Assembly: GCA_963827685.1 (NCBI GenBank)
Contig: CAWHBU010000008.1
Location: 1-64,000 of the forward strand
DNA: 64,000 nucleotides
Origin: an uncultured delta proteobacterium
GTDB taxonomy: Bacteria; Desulfobacterota; BSN033; UBA1163
Direction: 5' to 3'
Position numbers and translations under genes: made by a program. Each line of letters starts with the position of its first letter. The stretch's first letter is position 1. The notes below the pieces were generated by a model. The model was not told the DNA's origin, made no database searches, and was given only the letters and a program-made list of their open reading frames with translations. Positions 43,833 to 54,155 of the stretch are shown piece after piece.

Positions 43833-44231
43833 TTATTTTTTATATAACCCTTTGAGTAGAATCGAAATACCGAATGGATTATCACCCGTTTCTAACAAAG
43901 CCAAGGTATGGAAGGTGTTTGGAGGAATGTATACGGTAACGGGGGCTTCTATTAAATAGGTTTCCATCTCATCAGCGTTTTCTCCGAGATTCACCTCTGC
44001 CTTGATGTCCTGGCTGAAGCAATATATTTGAGCGACATCATGGGCGTGAGGCTCCTCCGCAGCCCCCATTTTTACCTTCAATGATTTAGGAAGCTTGGGA
44101 ATCATCACCCATATGTCGGCATCTTGACAGAGCTCTTTATCAATAAAAACGGGAACATTTCGCATGGTGCTGTGGTAAGGTAACTCTGGAACAATTTTAG
44201 GACTGAAAATATATTTTTCAAATCGTTTCAC
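43833..44231 (-). CDS. Cupin-like protein
   Basis: PHAHDVAQIY...VYIPPNTFH. Confidence 0.7.
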   Translation of the reverse strand: MKRFEKYIFSPKIVPELPYHSTMRNVPVFIDKELCQDADIWVMIPKLPKSLKVKMGAAEEPHAHDVAQIYCFSQDIKAEVNLGENADEMETYLIEAPVTVYIPPNTFHTLALLETGDNPFGISILLKGLYKK

Positions 44232-44332
44232 AACGATCCCTCCTTGGGTTTAGAATGAGGCTCGTTGACTCTAATTAAATCACAATTAGGAGAGGAAGGG
44301 AATCACCCATTTGGGGGATAGGGAGCAGACGG

Positions 44333-45007
44333 TCAGATCAACCTTTTTTGAGCGGCCCACAGAACTGCCTGGGTTCGGTCTCGAAGATCCAATTTATCAA
44401 AGATATGAATGATATGGCTTTTTATTGTATGAGAGCTAATAGAGAGGAGTTCTGCAATTTCCTTATTTGAAAAGCCTTTTGACATCAGCCTAAGGACCTC
44501 AATTTCTCGCTTCGTAAGATTGGGGGCTACCTTTTTACCCTTGTGTCGCCTGAGATTTCGGACCTCTTTTTGTGTTATTTCCTTCACCGTTCTCTCAAGA
44601 GATTTGAAGTACCTTCTCTGGTTTTCAAAGTCGGACTTCTTCTCCGTAATGTCAATAGCAATTTCAATGGCATAAGCTACATCTCCACGGGTATTAAAAA
44701 CAGGGTAAGCCCGCACTTCCCCCCACCTTCGTGAGCCATCAGGTAGGTCAACCCATCTCTCCATAACACACACTTTTCCCGAATTGAAAACAACTTTTAC
44801 CGGACATTCAGGACAAGGCTCGGTTCTCCTTTGGAACATCTCATAACAGAACTTCCCGACCATTTCCGCCACACTTCGTTGGTGAATCCGAGCCCTTGCC
44901 TCGTTAGCCCAGAGGATTCGAAAATCCAGGTCAAGAATATTAAGAGGGTCTTTTATGCTGCGGAAAAGAATAGGATATAAATCAGGTGATATTTTCCCCA
45001 AATTCAT
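44333..45007 (-). CDS. PAS-LuxR transcriptional regulator
   Basis: PAS with CY..PCPECP; LTKREIEVL...NKEIAELL HTH. Confidence 0.9.
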   Translation of the reverse strand: MNLGKISPDLYPILFRSIKDPLNILDLDFRILWANEARARIHQRSVAEMVGKFCYEMFQRRTEPCPECPVKVVFNSGKVCVMERWVDLPDGSRRWGEVRAYPVFNTRGDVAYAIEIAIDITEKKSDFENQRRYFKSLERTVKEITQKEVRNLRRHKGKKVAPNLTKREIEVLRLMSKGFSNKEIAELLSISSHTIKSHIIHIFDKLDLRDRTQAVLWAAQKRLI

Positions 45008-45122
45008 TTTTCATGCGGCTCTCTGCTGATTACTGGTAAAAATCTACACCTTTTGAAAAAAATGTCAATTGCATATTTCAGGAAGAAACATTGCATCTCT
45101 GCCCTCTTGAGTTGCGGGTCCT

Positions 45123-45193
45123 GGGGTCGAATCTTTATCATTGATTTTCCCCGTATTTCACGAACATTTCCTTCTGACCCCAGGCTTTTCCCC
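45123..45193. repeat. Repeat A copy 4 (GGGGTC...GACCCC unit only)
   Basis: ggggtcgaatctttatc...cttctgaccccaggctttt. Confidence 0.85.
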
Positions 45194-45223
45194 TCGATTG
45201 TCGCCCACACCTTTTTCTTTATT

Positions 45224-46099
45224 TTAAAAATTATAAATAATGGGAGCATTTAAAGATACTTGATGAATACTACAATAAGGGTGGCATTTAGCTAAAAAGA
45301 GAAAAGAAACCTTTCCTTTCAGCCCTTCCTCCTCGGTCAACGAGTCATAGTTTCCTCCTCCTTTTGAAATAACCAAGTCCGATACCTCTATCTGCCCCTT
45401 CAATTCCTGACTGATCTTTTTCAGAAAGGTGCCAGGTAAAGGCTCATGCATTCCATTTTCCATAATTTGAGCCACTTTCCCAATGCCCACTGACATAGCA
45501 TCTTGTATGGTAGCGTCATTCATTATAGGAAGGGTTCTGGTGACAAAAATTATCTTTAAATTATACATCTCACGAAGGACCTCGATCAAAAGCTTGTCAA
45601 AAACAATCTCACCACAATTATCACCGAGGTATACAAGCCTCCGGGTCTTTTTTAGCCTCCCCTTTAAACGATTTAAATTTCCTACATCGATGTCAAACTT
45701 GCCAAACCTATTGAGTTTTTTTTCGGGTGTTCCCCCTCCTATATCCATCATCGCGTCTATTGAGTTGCCTGCTATGGCCAATTTAATGGCTTCAAGAAAC
45801 GGATCACGGCTTTTCAAAACCAACTCTTTCGCAGCAGGATAAATCTCCAATGCCTCGTTATTCTGTTCCTTCTTTATTCCTTTCATAGGGTCTACTTCTC
45901 CTGAAATCTCAAGGATCTTGAACCAGACGTTCTTGATTACCTCGGGTGATGTCACCCTCCAGTCTTCTCCTCTAAAATAGTTTAACTTTAATATTTGTTT
46001 CATAAATCTTCTAACCTGATTTTCGTCTTTCATTACCAAGTGGGCGATTCCCAAAGACATCTTTAAAATACAGGGAATACAATCAGGCCATATTTTCAT
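45224..46099 (-). CDS. ARMT1-like/DUF89 damage-control phosphatase
   Basis: DCIPC, AIAGNSID, GDNCGEIVFD, NDAT, SKGGGNY. Confidence 0.88.
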   Translation of the reverse strand: MKIWPDCIPCILKMSLGIAHLVMKDENQVRRFMKQILKLNYFRGEDWRVTSPEVIKNVWFKILEISGEVDPMKGIKKEQNNEALEIYPAAKELVLKSRDPFLEAIKLAIAGNSIDAMMDIGGGTPEKKLNRFGKFDIDVGNLNRLKGRLKKTRRLVYLGDNCGEIVFDKLLIEVLREMYNLKIIFVTRTLPIMNDATIQDAMSVGIGKVAQIMENGMHEPLPGTFLKKISQELKGQIEVSDLVISKGGGNYDSLTEEEGLKGKVSFLFLAKCHPYCSIHQVSLNAPIIYNF

Positions 46100-46189
46100 G
46101 AATACCTTTCCCCATTCTTTAAAAGGAATAAGATTCTAAGTAATTTGTGTTGTTAAAAGGATGAATGGGTTGCTGGGGTCGAATCTTTA

Positions 46190-47784
46190 CAGTCTGTTGA
46201 AAAACTCTATTCAATAAATTCTTTGCTTTAATATATCACAATGGTAGAATATGGCAACTTTTGAATAAAGGAGGAGCCATTGTTAGGAGAAAACCCACGA
46301 AGTGAGCGCATGTTCTACTATGTCCGGATGGAAGATATCGTTCCAGAGAACCATCTTCTAAGATTGATCGACAGACATATCGATCTAAAATTCATTCGGG
46401 ACAAAGTGAAGCATCTATACAGTCATACAGGGCGTCCATCGATTGATCCGGAGGTATTACTCAGGATGCTTTTAATTGGGTATCTGTATGGAATCACATC
46501 AGAGCGTCGCCTATGCGAAGAAGTACAGATGCACATTGGGTACAGGTGGTTTGTGGGCTTGAACCTTGAAGACAAGGTGCCAGATCATTCGACCTTCTCC
46601 AAGAATCGGCATGAGCGGTTTTCAGAGAGCGATCTATTTCAGAGAATCTTTGACGAGATTGTGAATCAATGTGTCTCTCAGGGGTTGTTAACAGGAAAGC
46701 ATCTGACGGTGGACAGCACCTATGTACAAGCCAATGCGGCCTTAAAGAGTCTAGAACCAATAGTGGTGACCATGGGGACAGGAGAATACATAGAGAAATT
46801 AGAGAGAGAAAACCCTGTAACAGAAGAGCCTTGGGAGCCTGGGGACGACTATCCCCATCGGGGTCAGAAAATAAGCAATGGGACTCATCGGTCCAAGACC
46901 GATCCGGATGCCCGTCTGGCAAGGAAATCGTTGAAAGCAAACACCCAACTTTATCATGGAGTGACCTATATCATGGACAACCGGAGCCGGATCATCGTAG
47001 GGGCGGATGTGGGAAAACCAGATCGGAAAACTGACTGCGAAAAGGCGTTGAAGCAGATACGAAGGATTCCATTTGCTTTTGGGATAAAGCCGGAGAGCTT
47101 AGGAGCAGATAAGGGGTACTCCACGGGAGAATTTATCAATGCACTGGTCAAAGAGAAGGTACAGCCTCACATTCCAATCATGGATTCTCGGAGTCAAAAC
47201 GATCGAGGGATCTACTCGATAGAACAATTTAGCTTTGATCCGGGTGAAAACCGGTTTCTCTGTCCGTCGGGGAAGGAGTTGAAATATTGGGGAATTCATA
47301 AACCCAGTAAGCAGCATGTCTATAGGGCGAGGGCGAAGGATTGCAAAGTGTGTTCGAGGAAGGCGGAGTGTACGAGGGACAGGTCCAGATCACTCAGTTA
47401 TCACATTTATGAGGAGTTTATCAATCAAGCGAGGCAAATCAATCAAACAAGGGCTTATCGGATATCGCAGAGGATGAGGAAGAGGATTGAGGAGCTATTT
47501 GGAGAAGCAAAGGAGTGGATGGGACTGAGGAGGGCTAAATTCCGGAGGCGGAAGTTTATCAGAGAACAGGTATTAATGACGGCGACAGCGCAGAATATAA
47601 AAAGGATGGTAAAGCTGTTATCCAAAGGAGGATACACAAAGCAAGCCCAGGTGGCCCAACAGCTTGGGGAATCGTTTCTTTCAAAGACATTTTCTAAATT
47701 ATTTGGTTTGATGACTCTTTTCAGGTTTCGAACTCAATATTTTCTTCAGGGTTGCTGATAAATGCTTAGTTTTTCAACAGACTG
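46190..47784 (+). mobile_element. IS1182-family insertion sequence inside repeat A copy 5
   Basis: Perfect 17-bp IRs CAGTCTGTTGAAAAACT; TTTA duplicated at 46186-46189 and 47785-47788. Confidence 0.92.
46280..47758 (+). CDS. IS1182-family DDE transposase
   Basis: GRPSIDPEVL, SERRLC, PDHSTFS, VDST, ADKGY, IEELFGEAK. Confidence 0.92.
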   Translation: MLGENPRSERMFYYVRMEDIVPENHLLRLIDRHIDLKFIRDKVKHLYSHTGRPSIDPEVLLRMLLIGYLYGITSERRLCEEVQMHIGYRWFVGLNLEDKVPDHSTFSKNRHERFSESDLFQRIFDEIVNQCVSQGLLTGKHLTVDSTYVQANAALKSLEPIVVTMGTGEYIEKLERENPVTEEPWEPGDDYPHRGQKISNGTHRSKTDPDARLARKSLKANTQLYHGVTYIMDNRSRIIVGADVGKPDRKTDCEKALKQIRRIPFAFGIKPESLGADKGYSTGEFINALVKEKVQPHIPIMDSRSQNDRGIYSIEQFSFDPGENRFLCPSGKELKYWGIHKPSKQHVYRARAKDCKVCSRKAECTRDRSRSLSYHIYEEFINQARQINQTRAYRISQRMRKRIEELFGEAKEWMGLRRAKFRRRKFIREQVLMTATAQNIKRMVKLLSKGGYTKQAQVAQQLGESFLSKTFSKLFGLMTLFRFRTQYFLQGC

Positions 47785-47961
47785 TTTATCCTTGACTTTG
47801 CCCATATCTCACGAAAGTTTCCTTCTGACCCCAATCTTTTTTTCCCTGAAAACGAAGAATATCTGCGCCGCCACCCTGCGGATTCCTAATTGAAATATAC
47901 ATATTTTACGAAAATTGGTCAACCGAAACTTTCAGAAAGAAAGAGTCAAAGAAGCAGGCTG
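47785..47961 (-). repeat. Repeat A copy 5 (left 15 bp at 46175-46189)
   Basis: Removing the IS restores ggggtcgaatctttatccttgactttg... Confidence 0.9.
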
Positions 47962-48195
47962 TTCGTTCCGCCTACGAGTCTACAGTCTGAGATGACTCTA
48001 AGGATTGACGATTACTGGTACAAATGTGCCTAAAAAAGACAGAGTCATTTCTGATAATCATATAATAGGGACCTTGAAATATCTCATGTGATAGTTCATG
48101 GTATGCTTGGAAAAGAAACCAATCCCCACACTGCCTGCATTTTTTCACAAACGAACATCGGTTATTTCAGAAGATAGTCTGAAACCGGCACCGAG

Positions 48196-49146
48196 TTACT
48201 GCAGATAGGTCTTGAGGAATCGCTGGACCTGATCATGCGCGTCTTTTGCCGCAGTCCGGTCGTACCCCAAGTGATATGTACGTCCAGAGACGCGGACGAC
48301 GCGGTCCGGGCTAGGTTGGTCAAATCCGTGCATCGCACCTTTATAGACCTTCCACTCAACCGGAACGCTGCCGCTCTGCAGGCCCTTGCCGCGCGCGACA
48401 CACTGGTCAGGAGGTGTCCAGTCATCGGCGCTCCCCATGAGCATGAGCAGCGGGCTTGAGAGATTACCATCCTGGAACGTTGCACAGGGCGGAAAGAAGG
48501 CGATAGCGGCTTGATAGCCGCCGCCCACGGGGCGGGTTGTGTTAATGAAGCGGGCGCTGGCGGAGATAAGGGTAGCGCCGCCCCCATGGGACCATCCCAT
48601 GACCGCGACTTTGGTGGGGATTACATCGGGTTGGCTTCGGAGGTACGAAAGCGCTCCTAGACCGTCGAGGGCATGTTCCCGGAATGTCAGGCCACTAACG
48701 CCGCAGGCGGTGGACATATTTCGCGGGGAGAGGCTATCCGGAAGGATGGCGACGTAGCCTAATGTTTCCAACCACTCAGCCCAGTTGGAATCGCATTCCC
48801 TGATGCCAGAGCAGACGTGCAGGAGCACAACGCCTGGGAACGGGCCAGTACCTTTAGGCCGAAACACCGTGGCCGGTATCTGTGCGCCCACGGCGGAATC
48901 CGTACTCTTGAAGGTGATCCGTTCACTGCCGGACGCGGCGTATCCCCGGAGGCTGACGCCGAGCACACACATCATTGCTAGGAAGATCACGAGACCCGTT
49001 CGAAGCATGATAGTGTCAAAAGGTACCCTTGGGTGTCCTCCTGGTCGAGCGGGTGCCGCTCCCGACGGCCATCCAGACAGGAATTTCTGATATGCACCCA
49101 TGTTCTCGTTCCTCTTATGCCGCTGAGTGATTTGATTTGCTTTCAT
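48196..49146 (-). CDS. Dienelactone hydrolase-family alpha/beta hydrolase, probably exported
   Basis: GWSHGG nucleophile elbow, DDWTP, HGFD; true start uncertain. Confidence 0.85.
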   Translation of the reverse strand: MKANQITQRHKRNENMGAYQKFLSGWPSGAAPARPGGHPRVPFDTIMLRTGLVIFLAMMCVLGVSLRGYAASGSERITFKSTDSAVGAQIPATVFRPKGTGPFPGVVLLHVCSGIRECDSNWAEWLETLGYVAILPDSLSPRNMSTACGVSGLTFREHALDGLGALSYLRSQPDVIPTKVAVMGWSHGGGATLISASARFINTTRPVGGGYQAAIAFFPPCATFQDGNLSSPLLMLMGSADDWTPPDQCVARGKGLQSGSVPVEWKVYKGAMHGFDQPSPDRVVRVSGRTYHLGYDRTAAKDAHDQVQRFLKTYLQ

Positions 49147-49256
49147 GGTTGACCCTCCTCTCTATAAAAGCTCGGTTAGTTGGTTTCGCTCAAAAAAAAA
49201 TAAACGCAGATCAAGGTGGTTTGACAAATAAAAAGCCCACCCTACCAAAGCTTCAT

Positions 49257-49337
49257 CCCTCGGCAGCTCGGCCATCTTACTTCAAAAGACGCGTCGCTTT
49301 CCGCCCCTCCTCACGGAAGGTTTGCCTTTGTCGGGTA
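49257..49337 (-). ncRNA. Cyclic di-GMP-I (GEMM-I) riboswitch
   Basis: Minus strand CCCGACAAAGGCAAACCTTCCGTGAGGAGGGGCGGAAAGC...TCT...AGATGGCCGAGCTGCCGAGGG matches the GEMM-I layout. Confidence 0.85.
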
Positions 49338-49391
49338 AGTTGTTTTTCGTGACACGGATTTAATCTTGGGGACGGTTCTTATATTCTGATT

Positions 49392-49497
49392 GAAGCTCCC
49401 CGCCCACAGGGCGGGACTTCCCGGCATTGTATAATATCATTTATATTGTGCCCCTTAACCCCGCTAACAAGGCGGGACTTGCGGGGCACGTTCCGGC
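49392..49497 (-). mobile_element. IS200/IS605-type MITE (PATE), ~106 bp
   Basis: Subterminal GC-rich hairpins, right end ...GGGCGGGGAGCTTCA, no target duplication; empty site at 36737-36784. Confidence 0.75.
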
Positions 49498-49529
49498 CAA
49501 TAACAATTAGATACAAAGGGGACAGGAGA

Positions 49530-50249
49530 CTATGTGGTCTGTCCCCGGCTCTTTCTGGCCCAGGCTTCGTATTTCGCCGAGATTTCCAGGTATTGTTCCC
49601 CTGTCACTATCGGTCTGCTAATCTCTTCCAAAAGGGTTGGCTCTATTTTCTCATGGAGGGCAAGCATTTTCCCCGCCCGTTGAATCTTATCAAGGCAAGG
49701 TTCGAGAAGTTGCGGCGCCATCTGTAGAGCAAGTGAGCCGGGTATGCAGATTTCTCCGATGGATTCGCAACCAAAGTTCGCTGCCTGGGCCCTGAACGTC
49801 ACGATCAGGGGCAGAAAAGTCTCCATCTCCGGGAATCCCGACGTTGAGACGAGTAAGAATTTTGAAGGCATGGTCCAACTGTAGGGGTGCCTCACCCGGT
49901 TTGCAGGGTCGAGCCGCAAAAATGGATCCATAGCGCAGATACAGCGGTCCATTACGGTCTTCATCTGGGCGCTCATATTGTCTGTATACACGGGCGTACC
50001 CATAACAAACAGATCCGACTCTCTCAGGAACGGATAGAGCCCGTCCATATCATCCCGTTGAGCACATTGACCTGGTGTTTTATGCATACACGTAAGACAT
50101 GCCCGGCAGTATGAGATATTCATTTCCTTGAGCTGGAATTCTCTTACGGTGGCCCCTCCCTCCGACAGCCCCTTCAAAAGAGAATCCAGCAATCTCCACG
50201 TTACCCCTTTCTTCCCCCTCGCGCTTCCATTCAACGCAACAACCTTCAT
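49530..50249 (-). CDS. Flavodoxin-family (iron-sulfur flavoprotein-like) protein
   Basis: LNGSAR, CRACLTC..CAQRDDM, GTPVY. Confidence 0.88.
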   Translation of the reverse strand: MKVVALNGSARGKKGVTWRLLDSLLKGLSEGGATVREFQLKEMNISYCRACLTCMHKTPGQCAQRDDMDGLYPFLRESDLFVMGTPVYTDNMSAQMKTVMDRCICAMDPFLRLDPANRVRHPYSWTMPSKFLLVSTSGFPEMETFLPLIVTFRAQAANFGCESIGEICIPGSLALQMAPQLLEPCLDKIQRAGKMLALHEKIEPTLLEEISRPIVTGEQYLEISAKYEAWARKSRGQTT

Positions 50250-50322
50250 GATTCCCCTTTTACAGGTCTCAACAATCAACAAACGTTTGACTCCTTAAGT
50301 TAACACTAAGCCTTTCTGTATG

Positions 50323-50542
50323 GTCTAATCCTTGTTTTCATATCGCTGCGGCGAAATAAACTTTTTTCAAAATTGACCAATCACTTAGAAATATTATTCA
50401 TTAGTGAAGACGAAGAAATATCTGCGCCGCCACCCTGCGGATTCTTGATTGGAATATATCTATTTTATGAAAATTGGTCAACCGAAACTTTCAGAAAGAA
50501 AGAGTCAAAGAAAAGGGCTGGTTGTTACATCTACAAGTCCTC
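50323..50542 (-). repeat. Repeat A copy 6: promoter core plus attI-like arm ending A|TTAGAC
   Basis: Arm aligns with 55493-55615 exactly up to TTAG. Confidence 0.8.
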
Positions 50543-50758
50543 ACTGAAAGAGAATCTTGCAAGTTGACGATTACGGATAGAAACATTCGCTATCATTCAT
50601 TAGCTGCGGGGCATGGGCCTTGGGAGTGGGTCTTGATTTGACGAGCCACAGCCCCAGGTGTTTCAGGATGGTCTTGATGACCAGCGTAGATTGACTCATC
50701 TCTCAGCAGACGAAAGATAGCACAAAACATGGTATAAGGTTGCTGGAGGAGGATCGGA

Positions 50759-51475
50759 TTAACGTAGGGGTTGATGCTGGCTAAGCATCTTTTTGGTGCG
50801 CTGCCATGCATCAGCGGAGTCTTCAGGTCTATAAGTAGGGGTGTTTACCCAGGTGAAGGCGTGACCCGCGTTCGGGTAGACCACAAGTTCGAATGGTGCC
50901 CCACCCTGCTTCGCCGCAGCCTCCATGGCCCTCATGGATTCGATCAGACAGCAATTGTGATAACTGTCTCGTTCGCCGGCCAGAACAAGGACTGAAACTT
51001 GGAATTTGGCGGCGAAGGCTCTCATGTCCGACACGAAACTGGTCGCCGGGTAGTAGGCAACGACGGCAGAGACAAGATCCGGCATGGATGCGGCATGCGT
51101 GAGCGCACCGCCACCACCCCTTGAGAAACCGATTACTGCAGCTTTACCCGGAAGTGCCTTCGCCGAGCTTTGTGCCCGCTCAATAACACGCCTCAAATCA
51201 TCCGCAGCAGATTTGCCATATTTGGCTTGGAAGTCATTACCATCGAGAAGAACAGCATAATAACCGAGTCGGGCTACCTCGGCCGCATAGCTGCTGTACA
51301 CAACGTTCATGCCCGAGGCACCAGAAAGCAGAATCACTATTGGGCCTCGGCCACTGGGCGGATCATACGTCCTCTGCGATAGACCTTCCATGGTCGCGCA
51401 GGACCATGTTAACGCCACCACAAAGGAAATGACAAAAATTCGCCAATCAATGAATCCATCAGGGTGCTGTTTCAT
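50759..51475 (-). CDS. Dienelactone hydrolase-family protein (possible lipoprotein)
   Basis: GFSRGG, GERD, YPNAGHAF; RBS ggagggag. Confidence 0.85.
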   Translation of the reverse strand: MKQHPDGFIDWRIFVISFVVALTWSCATMEGLSQRTYDPPSGRGPIVILLSGASGMNVVYSSYAAEVARLGYYAVLLDGNDFQAKYGKSAADDLRRVIERAQSSAKALPGKAAVIGFSRGGGGALTHAASMPDLVSAVVAYYPATSFVSDMRAFAAKFQVSVLVLAGERDSYHNCCLIESMRAMEAAAKQGGAPFELVVYPNAGHAFTWVNTPTYRPEDSADAWQRTKKMLSQHQPLR

Positions 51476-51631
51476 AATGTCTCCCTCCTTTGACAAGAAT
51501 TTATTTTGGCCACCCGTGCCATTATGAGATTTCAAAGTTGAAATTTCAGTTTGACGCGAACTGACTTTCTTGTACCGATAGAATACAGGGAAGGCACCCC
51601 CAAAGGGAAATCATAAGCCCTTTGCGGTTTC

Positions 51632-51842
51632 GGGGTCGAATCTTTATCCTTGGCTTTGCCTAAATTTCACGAAAGTTTCCTTCTGACCCCAGCCTTTTTT
51701 CCCCTGAAAACGAAGAAATATCTTCACCGCCACCCCTGCGGATTCCTGATTGGAATATACATATTTTATGGAAATTGGTCAACCGAAACCTTCAGAAATG
51801 GATAGTTAAAAGGTGGGTTGGTTGTGACACCTACAAGTCCTC
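51632..51842 (-). repeat. Repeat A copy 7
   Basis: Full GGGGTC unit, promoter core and tail ending ctacaagtcctc. Confidence 0.9.
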
Positions 51843-51896
51843 GGAGGGAGGCTAATTGGAGAACTGAAGATTTCCATTTGAAAGTAATGATCTGAG

Positions 51897-52622
51897 TCAG
51901 AAAAACCAGCTCACGCCGACTTGAAACATCTCCGTGTTCGTCCCGTTGTTGGGTAACCGGGTATGCGCGTTGGAGAAGTGCAACCAGCGGTATTGCACGG
52001 TCAGTGCAGTCCGGTCACTCAGAAAATAATGTATACCTGCGCCCCCCTGGATATTAAACTGGAAATTTCCGGTAAGATCACGACCGTCAATATTGGTGCT
52101 TGAAACCCCAGCCCCGGCGTCAACAAACGGCACCCAGCGGCTGCCAGTGGCAAAGTTATAGCGAATTAATGGCGTCAGACCAATAAAATAACGATCATTA
52201 GGTTTGAACTGCTCCCCACCGAAAAGTTCAACCAACAGTTCAAAGTTGCCACGATACCATTTATCGGATGCCATTACGTCCCTAAATACCCAGCCAAGAT
52301 TCGCTGACGCCAGTGCCAAATCGTGGGCAACCGCGGTGCCGAAAACTCTGATGCCAAAACCCGCCCCAACCGTGCCCCCCACTTGGAACAGGCCCTTACG
52401 AAACCCGCTGCCGATGCCATCCACCCAGATTTTCTCTGGTGACGAGCTCGTTTTTAATCCGGGTTCGTCGGAGTAGGCCCACTCCCCTGAAAGTCCTATT
52501 ATCATCAGGATGCCCAACATCACCGAGGTCACCTTTCCTCTGGCCCAATGAGCACGGGCCTTCTCGCGTTTAGCCCGCGGGCACTTGCCACGAGCACGAC
52601 ACCCTTCAGATTTAGTTTGCAT
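51897..52622 (-). CDS. PagL-like acyloxyacyl hydrolase, outer-membrane beta-barrel
   Basis: FQFNIQGGAG, HFSNA...NNGTN, C-terminal Phe; start uncertain. Confidence 0.8.
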   Translation of the reverse strand: MQTKSEGCRARGKCPRAKREKARAHWARGKVTSVMLGILMIIGLSGEWAYSDEPGLKTSSSPEKIWVDGIGSGFRKGLFQVGGTVGAGFGIRVFGTAVAHDLALASANLGWVFRDVMASDKWYRGNFELLVELFGGEQFKPNDRYFIGLTPLIRYNFATGSRWVPFVDAGAGVSSTNIDGRDLTGNFQFNIQGGAGIHYFLSDRTALTVQYRWLHFSNAHTRLPNNGTNTEMFQVGVSWFF

Positions 52623-52732
52623 TTCTTCCCACAATCCTTCCTGTAATTAATGCTCCATGCTTCAGATCATCGTAAACTAAATTCTTTTTTCTCTGCAAGC
52701 ATCCCTGTAAGGGCTTTCAGAAAGTCAAATTA

Positions 52733-52996
52733 TTACAACGACTCTTCGAACCTTATCAAAATCGAACCTGTTGGGCAATTGTCACGACATTTCATGCATG
52801 CATGCAAAAGACATTTATGAAGGTTTTCTTTCACCAAATGGGATTTGGGGCCAGATTTGAATATATCCACTGGACAGCTAATAACACACATGCCTGCCCC
52901 AACACATGTTTCCTGGTTTATCTTTATGGCTACCTTTCTACCTTGGTATTCCACCTCCCCTTCTGTCACATAAGTTAGAGCATCACCGAGTCCCAT
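52733..52996 (-). CDS. 4Fe-4S ferredoxin-like protein
   Basis: CVGAGMCVISCP and CLLHACMKCRDNCP. Confidence 0.75.
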   Translation of the reverse strand: MGLGDALTYVTEGEVEYQGRKVAIKINQETCVGAGMCVISCPVDIFKSGPKSHLVKENLHKCLLHACMKCRDNCPTGSILIRFEESL

Positions 52997-53424
52997 CTCC
53001 TGATCCTTTTCCCCTTTTTTTCTGATCAATCTACCTTAACCAAATTCGAATTGCAACTTTTAGCGTCATAGCAATTCCCAAAATTAGAGATGATTTGTAA
53101 ATCTGATAGAAAACTTAAGGGAAAAAGATTAACAGGCATTAGGTTTGGATGAGGATTTCTTAAGCTTGATAAATGAATTTTTTTGAAGAGGGCAATTATA
53201 TGGTGCAGGTTAAATCTTGGACTCGGCTCCTTTCAAACCTCAATTCCTTCGTACCACAGAGAACTATTCCATCTTGTCGATTATCGTTTGAAACATTCAT
53301 CTTGGGGTCAGATTTGAGATTCGCGATTACAGGAAGAAAGAGTTAAGAAATGGGATCGCACTTCAAGCCACAAAGTTTGGAGATCAATCTGTGTTAAGAG
53401 CTTTTGGTTTTAGATTGGGGGAGA

Positions 53425-53461
53425 GGATAACGGGGAAAATCAGCCGCCGCTGCAGGCGGTC
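53425..53461 (-). other. 3' half of an attC site
   Basis: Minus strand GACCGCCTGCAGCGGCGGCTGATTTTCCCC-GTTATCC directly after the endonuclease stop; R'' end missing. Confidence 0.55.
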
Positions 53462-53465
53462 ATTT

Positions 53466-54155
53466 TTATTTTTTGAGCCGTTCAATTTCCTGTCTTATCT
53501 CGGCAATCACTTCTTTATTTCTAATTTTGTCTTCAACGCTGAACACGATAAAGACTTTTCCGCCGAACTGTTCCTCGAAGTCACGAAATGATTGCTCCAT
53601 GCGAGCTGTAACCGAAAAATTGCCGAGGCTGGCGTGAGCGGTAATAGGTTTGATCTGGAGGCCAAATGCTTTATTGCCAACCTTGCCGATAAAATCAATG
53701 TCTCCGGCATGGTCGAGATCTGGATCCGTTTCTTCAAATACAATATCGGGAAACTCCTTAGCAAGAGTATCATGAACAACCGACTTCTCGGCCAAATATC
53801 CGTCAAATGTCCGATGGATCGTCAATCCGTATATATAATCGACGCAATCCTGTAAGGTCAGCGTAGATAGCGCTTCGCGCAATTGTGGGGCAACAATTTC
53901 AGTAATCTTTTCATACAAACGTTGGCCAAGCTCAGTTAGTATTTCTCTGGTTATTTTTATTGGTTGTTTAGTATTTGTAAAAGCATTCTTGAAATACCAA
54001 TCTTCCCATTCTTGGAATGTTCTCGGCTGGCATTGGCGTATCATCGCCATGACTTGACCAACCTTATTAGTCTTGGTAAAGCCCCACCGCCTATTTCCAT
54101 AATTCAGGATGATCTCTTTGCTTCCAAAATCCTTAGCGAACTTTTTGAAGGTCAT
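53466..54155 (-). CDS. MjaI-family type II restriction endonuclease
   Basis: VGQVM..IRQC..EW..WY, DIDFIG...GLQIKP (PD-D/ExK type); coupled to the MTase. Confidence 0.75.
   Translation of the reverse strand: MTFKKFAKDFGSKEIILNYGNRRWGFTKTNKVGQVMAMIRQCQPRTFQEWEDWYFKNAFTNTKQPIKITREILTELGQRLYEKITEIVAPQLREALSTLTLQDCVDYIYGLTIHRTFDGYLAEKSVVHDTLAKEFPDIVFEETDPDLDHAGDIDFIGKVGNKAFGLQIKPITAHASLGNFSVTARMEQSFRDFEEQFGGKVFIVFSVEDKIRNKEVIAEIRQEIERLKK

Noticed and set aside
50373-50567. Short plus-strand ORFs containing IGIYLFYENWSTETF (also 39279-39509, 38376-38699)
   Set aside because: Translations of non-coding repeat A; starts, stops and frame differ between copies
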